Source of the DNA: Eledone cirrhosa
Lineage: Eukaryota
NCBI GenBank assembly: GCA_964016885.1
Contig: OZ024751.1
Location: 15,748,001 to 15,812,000 of the forward strand
DNA length: 64,000 nucleotides
Direction: 5' to 3'
This document shows positions 1-13,395 of this stretch, piece by piece; the stretch's first letter is position 1; the number at the start of each line of letters is the position of its first letter. The notes below the pieces were generated by a model, which had not been told where the DNA came from, ran no database searches, and saw only the letters and a list, made by a program, of their open reading frames with translations. Position numbers and translations under genes: made by a program.

Positions 1-168
1 AGAGAGAGAGAGAGACAAAGATGTTGAGGTAAAGGAATATCTATGTATTTTTACTTAGTAAAGTTAGTAATATATTGTGAACTTGTGAACAACAAACAGA
101 CATTTCTAGGTTTTCAACTTTAAAGATAGGAAAGTTTCAACTCTAATAATCTACACACGCATATATGA

Positions 169-208
<40 letters not shown>

Positions 209-271
209 GTATACTATATGACTTTATATATATATATATATATGATATAGAAGTCATTTCTTTAATAAAAG

Positions 272-367
<96 letters not shown>

Positions 368-369
<2 letters not shown>

Positions 370-467
370 TGTGCTGTGCTCTGCTGCGCTGTGTTGTCCT
401 GTATATATTTTAAAGATTATGTTGACGACATTTCTATGATAATATATGTATATATATATATATTTAT

Positions 468-523
<56 letters not shown>

Positions 524-600
524 TGTGCTGTGCTCTGCTGCGCTGTGTTGTGCTGTATATATTTTTAAGATTATATTGATATTTCTATGATAATATATGT
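368..600. repeat. Tandem duplication of an ~85 bp unit separated by (TA)n
   Basis: actgtgctgtgctctgctgcgctgtgttgt...atttctatgataatatatgta occurs at ~368-450 and ~522-600. Confidence 0.85.
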
Positions 601-670
601 ATATATATATATATATTTATATAAAAAAAAAAAAAAAAAAAAATAAAAATAAAAAAAATATAAAATAAAG

Positions 671-717
<47 letters not shown>

Positions 718-732
718 TTATTTTTTTTATTT

Positions 733-821
<89 letters not shown>

Positions 822-1040
822 AGATAAGATTTATTAAAGTTGAAACTTTTGCAGGATGTAGCCATTTAAATCATATCCGTTCGCCATCTTGGTACTGTTC
901 CTACACTTTTTCCTGCTTTTTATTCTTTTCTTAGTCTACTTTGATAAACCATGTGACTGGAATCGAGAGACCCATTCTCTTTCTTTTTGAGGGTTTTTAC
1001 TTTTACATATATATATAAGTATGTATGTATATATATATAT

Positions 1041-1141
<101 letters not shown>

Positions 1142-1230
1142 TGTATGCATATATATGTATGAATATATGTATGTATATATATGTATATATGTATGTATAT
1201 GTATGTATATATATATATGTATGTATATAA

Positions 1231-1262
<32 letters not shown>

Positions 1263-1444
1263 TTATGTATATATGTATATATATATATGTATATATATGT
1301 ATATATATATGTATAAATGTACATATATATAATATATATACATATATATGTATATATATATATGGACATATATATGGACACACACACACACACATACACA
1401 CATATATATATATATAAATATATATATATATATGTATATATATA

Positions 1445-1826
1445 GAAGAAATAAGATTTCGCTTCAAGCATAGCTTTATACAATATATATAGAAATTTCG
1501 TATCTCCAAAGAAATACCGTTTTAGGAAGCCGTTGGTATGCAAACACCGGGGGGGGGGGGGATAACGCCCTCTGGTTATGCCCTGCAGAAGGAAGGGAGA
1601 CAACCGTCTATGCATTTTAGGCTTAACTGGCCTTCGTCAGGACCAACGCTCGCGACTGCTGTGCTAGAGTAGCGAAGGGATCGTCCTGATGAAGGCCAGT
1701 TAAGTCTGAAATGCATAGACGGTTGTCCTCCTTGCTTCTGCAGGACATCACCAGAGGGCGTTAGCCCCCCCCCCGGTGTTTGCATACCAACGGCTTCCTA
1801 AAACCGTATTTCTTTGGAGATACGAA

Positions 1827-1830
<4 letters not shown>
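1445..1830. mobile_element. PLE-like pseudo-LTR fold-back element (family F1) in (TA)n
   Basis: ~150 bp inverted arms (~1492-1643 and ~1683-1830) around a ~40 bp spacer; the left arm has an extra ~45 nt tail; HHR motif in both arms (left copy GAAA>AAAA); homologous to 39838-40250. Confidence 0.8.
1679..1724 (+). ncRNA. Minimal type I hammerhead ribozyme
   Basis: GAUCGUC-CUGAUGA-AGGC(cagttaa)GUCU-GAAA-UGCA-UA|GACGGUU; palindromic UGCA loop III typical of dimer-acting PLE HHRs. Confidence 0.9.
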
Positions 1831-1882
<52 letters not shown>

Positions 1883-1889
1883 TATGTAA

Positions 1890-2068
1890 ATAATTGTTTC
1901 TACTTTTGGCACAAGGCCAGCAATCACCCAGTACATTACTGGTACTTTATTTTATCGACCTCTGTATGGATGAAAGGCAAAGTTAACCTCGGCGGGATTT
2001 GAACTCAGATCGTAAAGGGACGTAACTATGCTGGAAAGCATGCCCGACCCTCTACCGATACTGCCAAT
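1890..2068 (-). mobile_element. tRNA-derived Nin-domain SINE
   Basis: Reverse strand has B-box gagttcaaatcc, Nin-like core gcctttcatcc...gtcgataaaataaagtaccag and 3' end gtgccaaaagtagaaacaatta; many copies in the window. Confidence 0.85.
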
Positions 2069-2084
2069 ATACACAATATACATA

Positions 2085-2265
2085 ATTCCCTCCGTAAAAA
2101 CGATTTTTCCTGTTTTCCTCTTTTTACTCACGTCTACTTTTGTCTTTCTTCTTCTATCTCTTATTTCATCTGCTAATGAAGGACTAATGTCTGAAACGTT
2201 AAGGCATTTTGTTTACTATATCAAGCGCTAAACTAAAATATATCTTCATTGTAATGTGTCGTTTC
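2085..2265 (+). mobile_element. PLE-like 3' fragment with degenerate HHR
   Basis: Pyrimidine-rich tract, then ctaatga-aggac(taat)gtct-gaaacgtta (core G5 mutated); tail ctatatcaagcg.taa recurs at ~28283. Confidence 0.5.
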
Positions 2266-2290
2266 CTCACACACGCACACGCACACACAC

Positions 2291-2409
<119 letters not shown>

Positions 2410-2464
2410 CACACACACACATATATATATATAAATATATATATATATGTATATGTAAATATAC

Positions 2465-2497
<33 letters not shown>

Positions 2498-2500
<3 letters not shown>

Positions 2501-2960
2501 TAAAATAACAGATTAAAGTTTAAGCAAAGAATCGCTGCTTTCACCCTTAACGGGATCTTCTGAAACTAACAAAGTCAATCTGTGAACGCAGAAGTGAATA
2601 TTTCAAAAAACGTTGCAACCGGAGGAAGACAGGAAGACGATACTTTGGTTCGTGGAAACGTTCCCTGGCAAAGAACGAGAAAAAACGAATATTATACGTC
2701 ATTATTTGGAGCGGTGAAAAACCATTACACGCAAAGACAAAACCACGTTTATGGTATAAAAGAGGTCGTAGACTAATGTTCTCTTAGGTGGTTCATAGAG
2801 ACGTTCTCTGGCAATGAACGAAAAAAAACGACGATAATACGTCATATGTGGGGCGTGGAGAACAATTACACGCAAAGACATAACCACGTAAATGGTATAG
2901 CTGAAGTCGTAGACTAAAATTCTAACTAGGAAACCGAATGATTCTCGGCTTCAGAGTTAA
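2498..2960. repeat. Interspersed repeat with internal ~130 bp tandem duplication
   Basis: Terminus tattaaaataacagattaaagtttaagcaaagaat also at 38045 (+) and ~59075-59112 (-); unit ggttc..gaaacgttc...gtcgtagactaa at ~2645-2776 and ~2790-2917. Confidence 0.7.
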
Positions 2961-3052
2961 GAATAAAGTAAATAAAATACAGAGGCAATTGAAATTAAAT
3001 AAATACATACACGCATCCATATACGTACATACACAAGCATACGCGAAAACAC

Positions 3053-3113
<61 letters not shown>

Positions 3114-3114
3114 G

Positions 3115-3459
3115 ACTGACTTTTCTTATATATCTGACTTTTCTTATATATCTGACTTTTCTTCTCTTTCCCCTTCACTATCCAAGAAAAACTTGAACCA
3201 TTAAGGTATCTTTTCTTGGGTATGTCAAAATTTATAAAACCAACTTTGTATTTTATCTGATGAAAGCGTACCAAAGTTTTGGTACCCTTGAAATATATAT
3301 ATAATAGAATAAATATGGTTTTATAAATATAGTTTCCATTTATTTAATATCATTGAATATTATACTCCAAAAAACCGCCAAAAACCCGCCGAGTGCTCTG
3401 AATCTGTTATAAACATTTATATTTGTTGAATTACCAACAAATTGAATATATCCCTTTTG

Positions 3460-3463
<4 letters not shown>
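3115..3463 (+). mobile_element. PLE-like pseudo-LTR fragment (family F2)
   Basis: HHR followed by tail ...gagtgct...atcccttttgcttata; homologous to 45615-45982, 54460-54718, 55730-55925 and 59275-59530. Confidence 0.8.
3249..3311 (+). ncRNA. Type I hammerhead ribozyme (F2)
   Basis: UAUUUUAU-CUGAUGA-AAGcGUACCA(aagttt)UGGUACcCUU-GAAA-UAUAUAUA-UA|AUAGAAUA. Confidence 0.85.
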
Positions 3464-3503
<40 letters not shown>

Positions 3504-3504
<1 letters not shown>

Positions 3505-3673
3505 GTCAGGTCGCTCTCGAGTGGCACTGGTAATATGTAACCCAGTACAACCTTTCTCATGGTCGGGTCGTCGGCGACTAAACCGGCAACCCCAATATTT
3601 GGATACCCTGCGGGATGAAATACAAGACCCGTCAAAGGGCAGAGGAACTCAGCAGAGTCAACGGCCATCCAAA
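3504..3673 (+). mobile_element. Short interspersed repeat, probably RTE-derived
   Basis: Reverse-complement homolog at ~7133-7327; ggtcgggtc..cggcgactaaac resembles RTE 5' regions (assignment tentative). Confidence 0.55.
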
Positions 3674-3951
3674 TAGTGTTTTTTTTTTTTTTAATACGGA
3701 GAGGTTAAACTCCGAGGTATAAAGCGCTGAGGGCTGTCGTTGTATTTTCCGTGTCAAACATTTGCACCGAAGATATGTGTCGTCAGTTCGCAAACGTGTG
3801 GTTGGTCCTACACAAGCCTTCACCACTTAAAACACAACTTTGTGCGGGTAGTCCAACATCAGTTCACTTTCTCATATTTAACGTTTGTTGGACGATCTTT
3901 AACTTTTGTTGGACACTCATACGTCGGATATGGACGGGAGAGTCCATCATG

Positions 3952-4049
<98 letters not shown>

Positions 4050-5580
4050 GTGTGTGAGTGAGTGTGTGTGTAAACTAAGAGAAACACCCCGTGGGGACTG
4101 TGTTTCGTCTAGTGCATTCAATTAAATTATTACAAAACAATGCAATTTTTTCATCTTCACCCTTTCAACATCAAATCTCGCTTCCTTTTAAAATTATTCT
4201 TTCGCCGAACTCCCTTATATGGAATCTCACAAAGAAGAAACAACGTACTATACAACCTGGCATTTCTAATACTTTAATTGCTTCTCCGTATTTTCCTTTT
4301 TCTTGACTTCTACAGTATTTTATACACACACACACACACGCACACACACACATATATATATATATATTAATATATATTAATATATACATTAAAACATTTT
4401 TTTAATAAGTTTGTAATTAAATTAACTATAATCTACTTTATTCTCTTGATGCTTCACAGAATACTCACGTTAGTTTACATATTTCTCTTCATGTAATATT
4501 TTGGTAATGTTTTCTTATCCCTTGCATTAATATGTTTTTAAGTACTTAAAGTATTTGAACTTCAATAATTTCACAAGTGTGAAATTATTTTTGCTTTCAA
4601 AAATAAATGCAAATTATATCTAAGAAGGTTATTTTTATTTATTTTTTTCTTCAACATTCAAATATAATAATTGTAAAATATAATAATGATAAATATATAG
4701 AAAAAACAATAAAACATGGATGCTTTTATTCTAAGTAGAAAATTTGAATATTTATGGAAAGTCTATTTCTGTACATTTTTAGAATGTGGTGGCGTTTGCA
4801 AAAATATGTTATGCGTGAGTGTACGTATATATATATATATATGTATGTGTGTCTCGGTGTGTCTCCATGTGTGTCTTTATGTGTGTATGTGTATCTGTGT
4901 GTGTGTATGTGTGTATATGTGAGTGTATGTGTGTGTATATGTGTTTGAGTGTGTGTGGATGCATGTGTGTATTTGTGTATATGTGAGTGTGTGAGTGTAT
5001 GTGTGTATATGTGTATATGTGAGTGTGTGAGTGTATGTGTGTATATGTGTTTGAGTGTGTTTGTGTATGTGCGTGTGAGTCTGAGTGTGTATATTCGTGT
5101 ATGTATGTGTGTGTCGCAGAGTATGTATGTGTGAGTGTGTTAGTGAATATATGCCTCTGTGTGTGTGTGTATGTATGTCTTTGTGTATGTGTGTGTTATG
5201 TGTGTGTTTGTGTGAGTGTGTACGTGCATCCGTGTGTCTCTATGTGCGTATGTGTCTCCGTGGTAGCATGTATGTATATGTATATGTATGTGTGTGTATG
5301 TATGTGTGTGTAAGCTTCAAGTATTTATCTTAGACAATATGCTTTTGTAATTTTTAAATTTTCTTTTTATTAACGTAGTAAAAATTATTCAATATGTTGA
5401 GTATCAATACCAAACATATTGAATACTGATAAGATCGAACATATTTTGTATTCTGTCATAATTTGTATTTTTGCAAGGTATTCAATATTCTAACGTATAA
5501 ATAAAAAAAATAACATATCTTTCTGAAAATGTCCTCAATCATATAATTGTGTTAAATCAAGCTACATTAGCATATGTATG

Positions 5581-5639
<59 letters not shown>

Positions 5640-5740
5640 GAAAAGTATAGAAATTTTTGTAGCAAGAAGCCAACAGTATTCCATAATATATATATATATG
5701 TGTGGCTAGAACTTCGATTTATACCTATTTTTATTATAAT

Positions 5741-5809
<69 letters not shown>

Positions 5810-5891
5810 TGCATGTATGTATATATTTGTATATATGTATATATATATGTATGCACCTATATATATATGTATATTGTATATGTATGCATGC

Positions 5892-5965
<74 letters not shown>

Positions 5966-6038
5966 GAGTATTCATAACTTACGACTTCATTTTCTTTTAT
6001 ACTAGTAAATTATTGATTTAAGTTAAAATACGTTTGAA

Positions 6039-6143
<105 letters not shown>

Positions 6144-6269
6144 GGGGAGAGTGAGAGAGAAATAGGAAGTTTTTTTATCAAAAATTATTGAAGGAAATAT
6201 AAAAGAAATGAATTAAAGACAGGGATATGGACATATAATATTAGGAGTTAAAAAGCATTCGACCAATTG

Positions 6270-6700
6270 ATATTCAAATCGTTTGCATTTTTATCTCCTG
6301 GTGGAGAGTCGATGCGACGCCATATTGAAGCCGGCGAGATACTTAAAGTGTTTGCCACAAAGAGTACGAACTAAATCTGTTTTCTGTCTGACAGTAAGAA
6401 TAAGTATTGTCTCGTCAAGTATGAAATTTGTAGGATTTGTGGAAAACAAAATAAATTTCTACAAATTTCTTACATTACGACCCCATATATTCTGTTGGTG
6501 GGTTGACTATATGACTCCTGTGGGGTTTTGGAGTCCTGAGTTTGACAGGTATGTTTGGCCACACTCATGAAGGACGACTGGGTTCACTTCCTCTTCATTG
6601 CAGGCAGCTCTTTTTGGTCTTTGTTCAGCATATTGTCCTTGCATGGAATGTGCGACATATCGTATATTTGTTACCTCCACATTTTTTTAAATCACCATCA
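6270..6700 (-). pseudogene. Degraded LINE (RTE-like) ORF C-terminus with C2H2-like zinc-finger remnants
   Basis: Minus-strand frames read EQRPKRAAC...ECGQTYLSNSGLQNP and LCGKHFKYLAGF, with stops and frameshifts. Confidence 0.5.
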
Positions 6701-6721
6701 GTTGTAAAAATAAATACATAC

Positions 6722-7050
6722 ATACACAAATGATGGCTGCCCCCTCGTTATCGAGTATGGCCATTGCACGATATAATGTTAATAATTATCAATTAATGCT
6801 ATCATGCAATGCCTATGCGTGAAGATTTTTTTTAAAGTGAGGAATGTCTGTGCACTGAACCAATCCCACTCTCTGAGCGACAGTAGCTATAACCCGAAAA
6901 GAAGAAAAGATCAACATCATCGGTAACTACTTAGCCACAGGTTTTATGTCGGAGTTATCCCAGTTTCCTGAGTTGCCTTCTCCTAGAAGAATGTCCTGAC
7001 AAAGGCTAGGGGTCCTTCACTCCCAGTAGTTTAACCGCGCGATCGGGTAT
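6722..7050 (-). mobile_element. Non-autonomous RTE-related SINE-like element
   Basis: Full-length homolog at ~49998-50316 (+) and 3' part at ~34380-34525; contains ctaggagaaggcaactc and ends ctcgataacgagggggcagccatcat + (TGTA)n. Confidence 0.75.
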
Positions 7051-7132
7051 CCAGCCCGATTAGTTCTATGTCCCCTCATGTGTACATGTATATGTATACA
7101 TATATACACATGTATATACATCTTTACACATT

Positions 7133-7327
7133 TTTGGATGGCCGTTGACTCTTACGAGTTCTTCCACCCTTTGTCAGGTTTTGTTTTTTTGTCCTGCAAG
7201 GTGTCCAAAATCCGCTTCCTCACTAAATAAATTTGGTGGGGTTGCCGGTTTAGTTGCCAAGGACCCGACCATGCGAAAGGTTGTACTGGGTTACATGTTA
7301 CCAGTAGCACCCAATAGTGACCCGACA
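7133..7327 (-). mobile_element. Second copy of the repeat at 3504-3673
   Basis: Alignable over ~170 bp in reverse orientation; abuts (TACA)n. Confidence 0.7.
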
Positions 7328-7619
7328 TACATACATACATACATACATACATACATACAAGATAGCTGCAAACTAACGCTAAGAGTATTGCAATCACTTG
7401 TCAGGTTCAGACGCTCGGATATTCATTCTAGCGTTGTGTCTTCTATAGATAGTTATAAAATAAAGCAATATTAGAGGTCGTTAATGTTTTTTACTGTTGA
7501 TTATATATTCATGGTAAACGAGTTGTTATTGGTTTGGTGTAATTGTTTATTTCTTTCTCGTTTTATGTGAGGCTAAAAAAGTGGACGTAGCTTTATGGAG
7601 GCAACTAGAGAATAATTTA

Positions 7620-7905
7620 CTTTTTTTGTTAATTAGGGTCTCATAATTATTAATAATCAACAGGGTCTACATTGTACAGAGCGGGTAGTTATTTGATATA
7701 CTATAGTTGCGGTAAATTCCACAGTTCCGAAGTGTTGTCCAAAGAATGGAGTATTCTAAATTCTTCTCTTTTAAAGACCATATGATCTGTGATAAAGACG
7801 TAGATGATTTCCTCTTAGAGTTCGAGAATGAGCATTTGTGGTTCGCGAAACGCATTTTGAATGTGGACAATGTTGATTCAATGTAATTGTATGTTTTTTG
7901 GTCAG
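7620..7905 (-). pseudogene. PLE GIY-YIG endonuclease C-terminal fragment
   Basis: YIESTLSTFKMRFANHKCSF..KRKSSTSLSQIIWSLKEKNLEYSILW...PLC matches the PLE pattern YIG-T--FK-RF-NHK-SF---T-LS--IW-LK---Y-I-W---C-LC; in-frame stop after LCTM. Confidence 0.85.
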
Positions 7906-9547
7906 TTTTTAGCCTCACATAAAACGAGAAAGAAATAAACAATTACACCAAACTAATAACAACTCGTTTACCATGAATATATAATCAACAGTAAAAAAAC
8001 ATTAACGGCCTCTAATATTGCTTTATTTTATAACTATCTATAGAAGACACAACGCTAGAATGAATGACAATACTTCAATTAACAAGCCTAAACTTTGATA
8101 CACATAACATAATTTGTTAACTTTGATCAATACCTTCATTTCTTTATCTCCTTATTTATACCTTCCTATATATGCTTATAATTTAGTATAATACCTAATC
8201 CTTACATATTTAAGGAATTTATTTAACTGCGAATTTTTAATACATTTGTGATCTCTTTTAAATTTTAGTTTAATACCCAATCCATAAATTTTTATGAAAC
8301 TTATCTATAACTCTAAATTTTTAGCGAGTTTTTGATCTATTATTTATAGTATAATATAGAATATATTTCTTGTAAATATATTTACTACACTATGAAATCT
8401 AAAATTTGAGACGAATTCAAACTTATATATAAATGTGTTTTTTTTCGTTTTTTTCGCTGCGCTTTCGATCTCTTACTTACTTATAATATAATTATAATTA
8501 TAATATATATGTAGTTATATATTATATTTTGTATATTTCAAATATTTTAAAATATACCTACCACATTTCTATATATATGATTCAAATATATAGAAAATAT
8601 CCAAACTAAAAGTTATTATAGACATTATTTTGAACTCTGTATCATCCATGCACTCATTGTTTTACTTATATATATATATGTATTTTGAATGTGATACGTT
8701 GATAAAATTGTAATTGTTATCATTTACCTAAAGTATACTACACTAATAATACCTAATATATATCTATGTATATACATCCATATATCTAACAATATGTCGA
8801 TATATTGGTTGAAGAATAATTAGTGCATTTACACCCAGTTATACATAGGTATATATTTATCCTTAACATCCTTCAATATATTATCTTATTTTATTTTTAT
8901 ATTCGTCGGTATTATTTACCTCAAACATACTGGATCATTAATATATACCTATATACATAATAGTTATTTAAATATTTATAACAATAAGTACTTCAAAAGC
9001 TTTACCTACCTAATATGTTGGTATATTTGTTAAAGTTTGAATTTAGGTAAATAATCAACAGTATATTATTTCATCCTTTATGTGCCAGCTAAATCCCTTA
9101 AATGTTACTCTTAAAATTCAGAAGTTTAGAAATGATAACACACTTATTGAATTTATACAAATAATATATAAATAACCAGCAAATAATCCTTAAATCTGGA
9201 GTCTTCACTATAATATTATGAATTAAATATTTTCAAATTTAACCGTTTAACTTTCGAAAAAACCTCCTTCTACATATTCCCCCCCCCTACACACTTTATC
9301 TTTCCCTCCTTATAAATCTTTTTGCAGTGGCTATCACTGGCTGTTATGATTCATGAGACGTTTTCCTAGATATATCGTAGTAGCATACACTTTAAAACGT
9401 TTTTTCTTACTCACACATTCTCTAATGAATTTATTACGTTTTTCGCATTCTCTCATAGACGGCATATAAATAAAATCTTCTCTTAGGTTAATTACTACCT
9501 TGATTAAATCTTAACCATATAACATCTCAGGGTATGCCATGTATCAT

Positions 9548-9606
9548 TATATTTTGTCTGATGAGGACGTACTGTTGTACATCTGAAATATGTATAATAA
9601 AATGTA
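9548..9606 (+). ncRNA. Type I hammerhead ribozyme (F3)
   Basis: UAUAUUUUGU-CUGAUGA-GGAcGUAC(tgtt)GUACaUCU-GAAA-UAUGUA-UA|AUAAAAUGUA. Confidence 0.9.
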
Positions 9607-9800
9607 ATTGATCAAAAGAACATCTATTTTATTAATACTAATATTTTATTATTAATAACTTCTGAAAATTATTTTCACGTTGAGTGCTTCCAATCTACTC
9701 TAAAACTCATTCTTTGACATAATCATCGAATATTGTTTAACAACTTAATATATATATATATATATATATAGAAGTGGTTACACAACAGTTAGTTCACCCT

Positions 9801-9836
<36 letters not shown>

Positions 9837-9863
9837 GTGGTTACACAACAGTTAGTTCACCCT

Positions 9864-9930
<67 letters not shown>

Positions 9931-10002
9931 AAGAAAAAGAGATGAAATCGAAAATGCAACTGGAGTCTTATTTTTTTTTAAAATATACATATTTATTTGG
10001 TT

Positions 10003-10040
10003 CCTTTACCGGTTTCGCAGTTCTTCTGCTTTTCAAAAGG
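10003..10040 (-). ncRNA. Minimal HHR, U3:A8 core variant (F4 left arm)
   Basis: Reverse complement of 10443-10480. Confidence 0.8.
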
Positions 10041-10442
10041 TGAGTTGAGATGGAGGTTCTGTGGTTTTTCTCACATCTGGCTGGTCTCTGAATGTTACTT
10101 GTTTTATATGGAAAAAGTGGCTCGAAATGCCAGGTTTTTCGAGAAGTAATTTGATTGGTTTGTCAATAATTATAATAAATTTCGCGCCAGTTCGCGTTAC
10201 AATAGTTCTTCAAATAAGAGGGGGGGGGGGGGTTGTCACAGGTTGTTTTTGACCCCCCCCCCCTCTTATTTGAAGAACTATTGTAACGCGAACTGGCGCG
10301 AAATTTATTATAATTATTGACAAACCAATCAAATTACTTCTCGAAAAACCTGGCATTTCGAGCCACTTTTTCCACATAAAACAAGTAACATTCAGAGACC
10401 AACCAGATGTGAGAAAAACCACAGACCCTCCATCTCAACTCA

Positions 10443-10480
10443 CCTTTTGAAAAGCAGAAGAACTGCGAAACCGGTAAAGG
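10443..10480 (+). ncRNA. Minimal HHR, U3:A8 core variant (F4 right arm)
   Basis: CCUU-UUGAAAA-GCAG(aagaa)CUGC-GAAA-CCGG-UA|AAGG; palindromic CCGG loop III. Confidence 0.8.
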
Positions 10481-10966
10481 AACCAAATAAATATATATAT
10501 TTAAAAAAAAAATAAGACTCCAGTTGCATTTTCGATTTCATCTCTTTTTCTTTATACTTTCACTCGTGTAGGACACCTCGGTTATTTTTCATTTTGTAAA
10601 AAAAACCTCACTTTCTAATATATATATATATAGAAGTGGTTACACAACAGTTAGTTCACCCTACCGAGAGATATATATATATATAAAAGTGGTTACACAA
10701 CAGTTAGTTCACCCTACCGATATATATATATATATATATATCTCGGTAGAAACCGATTTTCTTCAAATTTCGAACAAACATGCGTTATATTCCCAGAAGT
10801 GTTGTGGACTCGTAAAAGTTTTAAGTTTTTGTCTAATGCGGCCCCTAGGTGGACGAAGGCTGTCCCTGGATCACCGTGACAATCACGTCACATGTGCGAA
10901 ACTTAAATAATTGTTGGTTAACATTTTACTCATCTTAGTGTGTTACGTCTTCTTTCCTTAGATAAT

Positions 10967-11016
10967 TGTTTCTACTTTAGGCACAAAGCCAGCAAATACC
11001 CAGTGCATTACTGGTA
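10967..11016 (-). mobile_element. 5'-truncated Nin-SINE with 18 bp TSD
   Basis: Flanked by cttctttccttagataat at 10949-10966 and 11017-11034. Confidence 0.85.
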
Positions 11017-11032
11017 CTTCTTTCCTTAGATA

Positions 11033-11203
11033 ATGCCTCTAAGGAAGAGATCCGCCATAGGTCGAAAGACGGCGAAAGCTGAGAGAGGGAAAAGAAGAAA
11101 AGCAAATGAATCGTCAATGGAGGTTGCAATTAGACGATCGCAAGATGCTGAACTTAAAGCTACCACAAGAGCGTTAGAAAACTACGAACAGCGTTGTATT
11201 TAA
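11033..11203 (+). pseudogene. Helitron RepHel N-terminal fragment
   Basis: MPLRKRSAIGRKTAKAERGKRRKANESSMEVAIRRSQDAELKATTRALENYEQR resembles the basic RANE..EQR-type N-terminus of Helitron RepHel; a Helitron-like 3' end (..gaccgctag|t) lies at ~11640-11662. Confidence 0.6.
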
Positions 11204-11971
11204 GGCATAGGTTACTTATGTACTCCGGGTGGTCATGGGCACTTTCATTTTTCCAGATATTAATTATAAGCCGCCCCGGAGGAAGATAACCCCCTTTAAC
11301 CGCTTCCTTGGAGTTGACTGAAGCATTGCAGTGCAATGCAACAAAACGTCAACAAAACTTCTGGAGTTCGCAACCGATTTTCACCAAGCTTGACACATGG
11401 GCTACGTATGTTTTACAGATGAATTTTAACAGTTCGAATTGGCACATATTGAGTAGAGGACCCCTGAAGTGTTATAAATATTTTATAATTTTCCTAGAAT
11501 ACATTTTTCTATTATTTTCTTTATTATTTTGTGTATTTAGATATTCTAAATAGACTTTTAAAATTATGTTGCACAATATTTAAACACCTTTTAAAATCTT
11601 TTATTTTAAGAAACATCGGCATTAAGAAATATGGCCAATAAGGTGCCATGGGAGACCGCTAGTATATATACTAGCGGTCTATATATGTATATATATATAT
11701 ATTCGCATGTACTCATGAATAAATACTTATAGCTCGCCCATCACTTTGTATGTATGACAACTTTCTATAAATATTGATGTTTGAAACGGATGCAAACGAT
11801 AAAATATTTATTTAATATTTCCTTTAGAAAACATTAAGAGCTGTTCACTTCTAAAGATAAAAGTTTCCGAAACTAAATATCAATGATCTGCAAACATTAA
11901 TGTATCATGTATCTGTGTGTGTGTGTGAACATATATATATACACACAAACATTTATATATGTGTACACATA

Positions 11972-12158
<187 letters not shown>

Positions 12159-12344
12159 GTATATACACATTGATATTGCTATGCATATATTGTCGTATGC
12201 ATATAGTGTTCCCAAATTGATGTGCTTACATATATTTCTATGCGTTATGCATACATAATATTATTACTGTTATTTATATTTAGTAAATAACCACAATTGT
12301 CAAAATGTCTCGTTATTTAGTTTAGGTTTATTTAAAAGAACATA

Positions 12345-12671
12345 GTGAATGCGTGTGGTTTTGGAGTTAGAGTATTCGGCTCACAATCGTAAGATCATGA
12401 GTTCAATTTCCAGCGGCGCATTGTGTCCTCGAGCATGTATTCTTTATTTCATCTTGCTCCAATCCACTCAGCTGGCAAAAATGAATTATATCTGTAATTC
12501 GAAGGGCCACCCATGTCACATTTTGTGTCACGCTGAATCTCCCTGAGAACTACATAAACGGTAAGCGTGTCTGTGGAATGCTCAGCCACTTGCACGTTAA
12601 TTTCATGAGCAAAGCTGTTCCATTGATCGGATCAACTGGAACACTCGTCGTCGTAGCCGACGGAGTGCCAG
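12345..12671 (+). mobile_element. tRNA-derived SINE with V/Meta-like central domain
   Basis: A/B-box-like head (gagttcaatt), ttgtgtcctcgagca...ctccaatccactcagctgg core; homologs at 28455-28630, 38312-38500 and 47780-48272. Confidence 0.75.
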
Positions 12672-13114
12672 TAGCAGTAATATTTTAAAGAGTAAGACTT
12701 TCTTTCTGTTCAGATTAATGGATTTCAAGCACACACCCACTCATACACTCATACATACATACACACATACACATACTCACACATACACATTCATTCATAC
12801 ACATGCGCACACACACACTCACACGTACACATTCATACATACACATGCACACATACACACATACTTACAAGCAGACATATACTCAATCTCATACATACAC
12901 ATTCACACGTCCACACACACAAACTCACACATACGCATTCATACATACACACACTTGCACACAAACATACATACATACATACCCGCTCACATATACATAT
13001 ACACGCATACATATACACACACATACACACACACATACACACACTCACATATACCCCCATACATATATACACACATACACACACGTACATATACATACAT
13101 ACGTACCTACATAC

Positions 13115-13395
13115 GACTAGTTAGGAACCAAAAACATTCCAAAAATTCTACATCTAATAACTGCATATACACTTGTACAGATACAAAGTATATGCACATG
13201 TACGCATACGACTCAAAATATACACCACCAGACATACACTAACATCCATGCCTGCACACATGCATGCAGACATGCTATATATCTATCTAGTTGATGTTGT
13301 GCAAATTCCAATGAGAGAGTCTTGTATGTATGTTAGAAACCGACTCTCTCTCTATTGGCAAACATTTGTGAAATTATAAAATCAGAACATACATA
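13115..13395 (+). mobile_element. 3' end of R4/Dong-like LINE in a (TACA)n array
   Basis: Matches the C-terminus and 3'UTR of the LINE at 34525-36087 (gttgatgttgtg.aaattccaatgagagagtc...gtgaaattataaaa.cagaacatac). Confidence 0.8.

Larger units (their letters stand above)
7420..9750. mobile_element. Truncated, rearranged Penelope-like retroelement (family F3): GIY-YIG end, long AT-rich 3' region, HHR and tail
   Basis: 7420-7578 is an inverted copy of ~7906-8065; GIY-YIG lies between them on the minus strand; HHR at 9548; diverged homolog at 29380-31585. Confidence 0.8.
9927..10619. mobile_element. PLE-like fold-back element (family F4)
   Basis: ~300 bp near-perfect inverted arms (9927-10232 and 10251-10556); ~60 nt extra tail on the right arm; HHR in both arms. 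Confidence 0.85.
9770..10722 (+). repeat. Four copies of a ~35 bp unit embedded in (TA)n, interrupted by the F4 palindrome
   Basis: aagtggttacacaacagttagttcaccctaccga at ~9772, ~9835, ~10634 and ~10687. Confidence 0.9.

Noticed and set aside
9770-10722. 35 bp repeats as a CRISPR array
   Set aside because: The spacers are only (TA)n of variable length.
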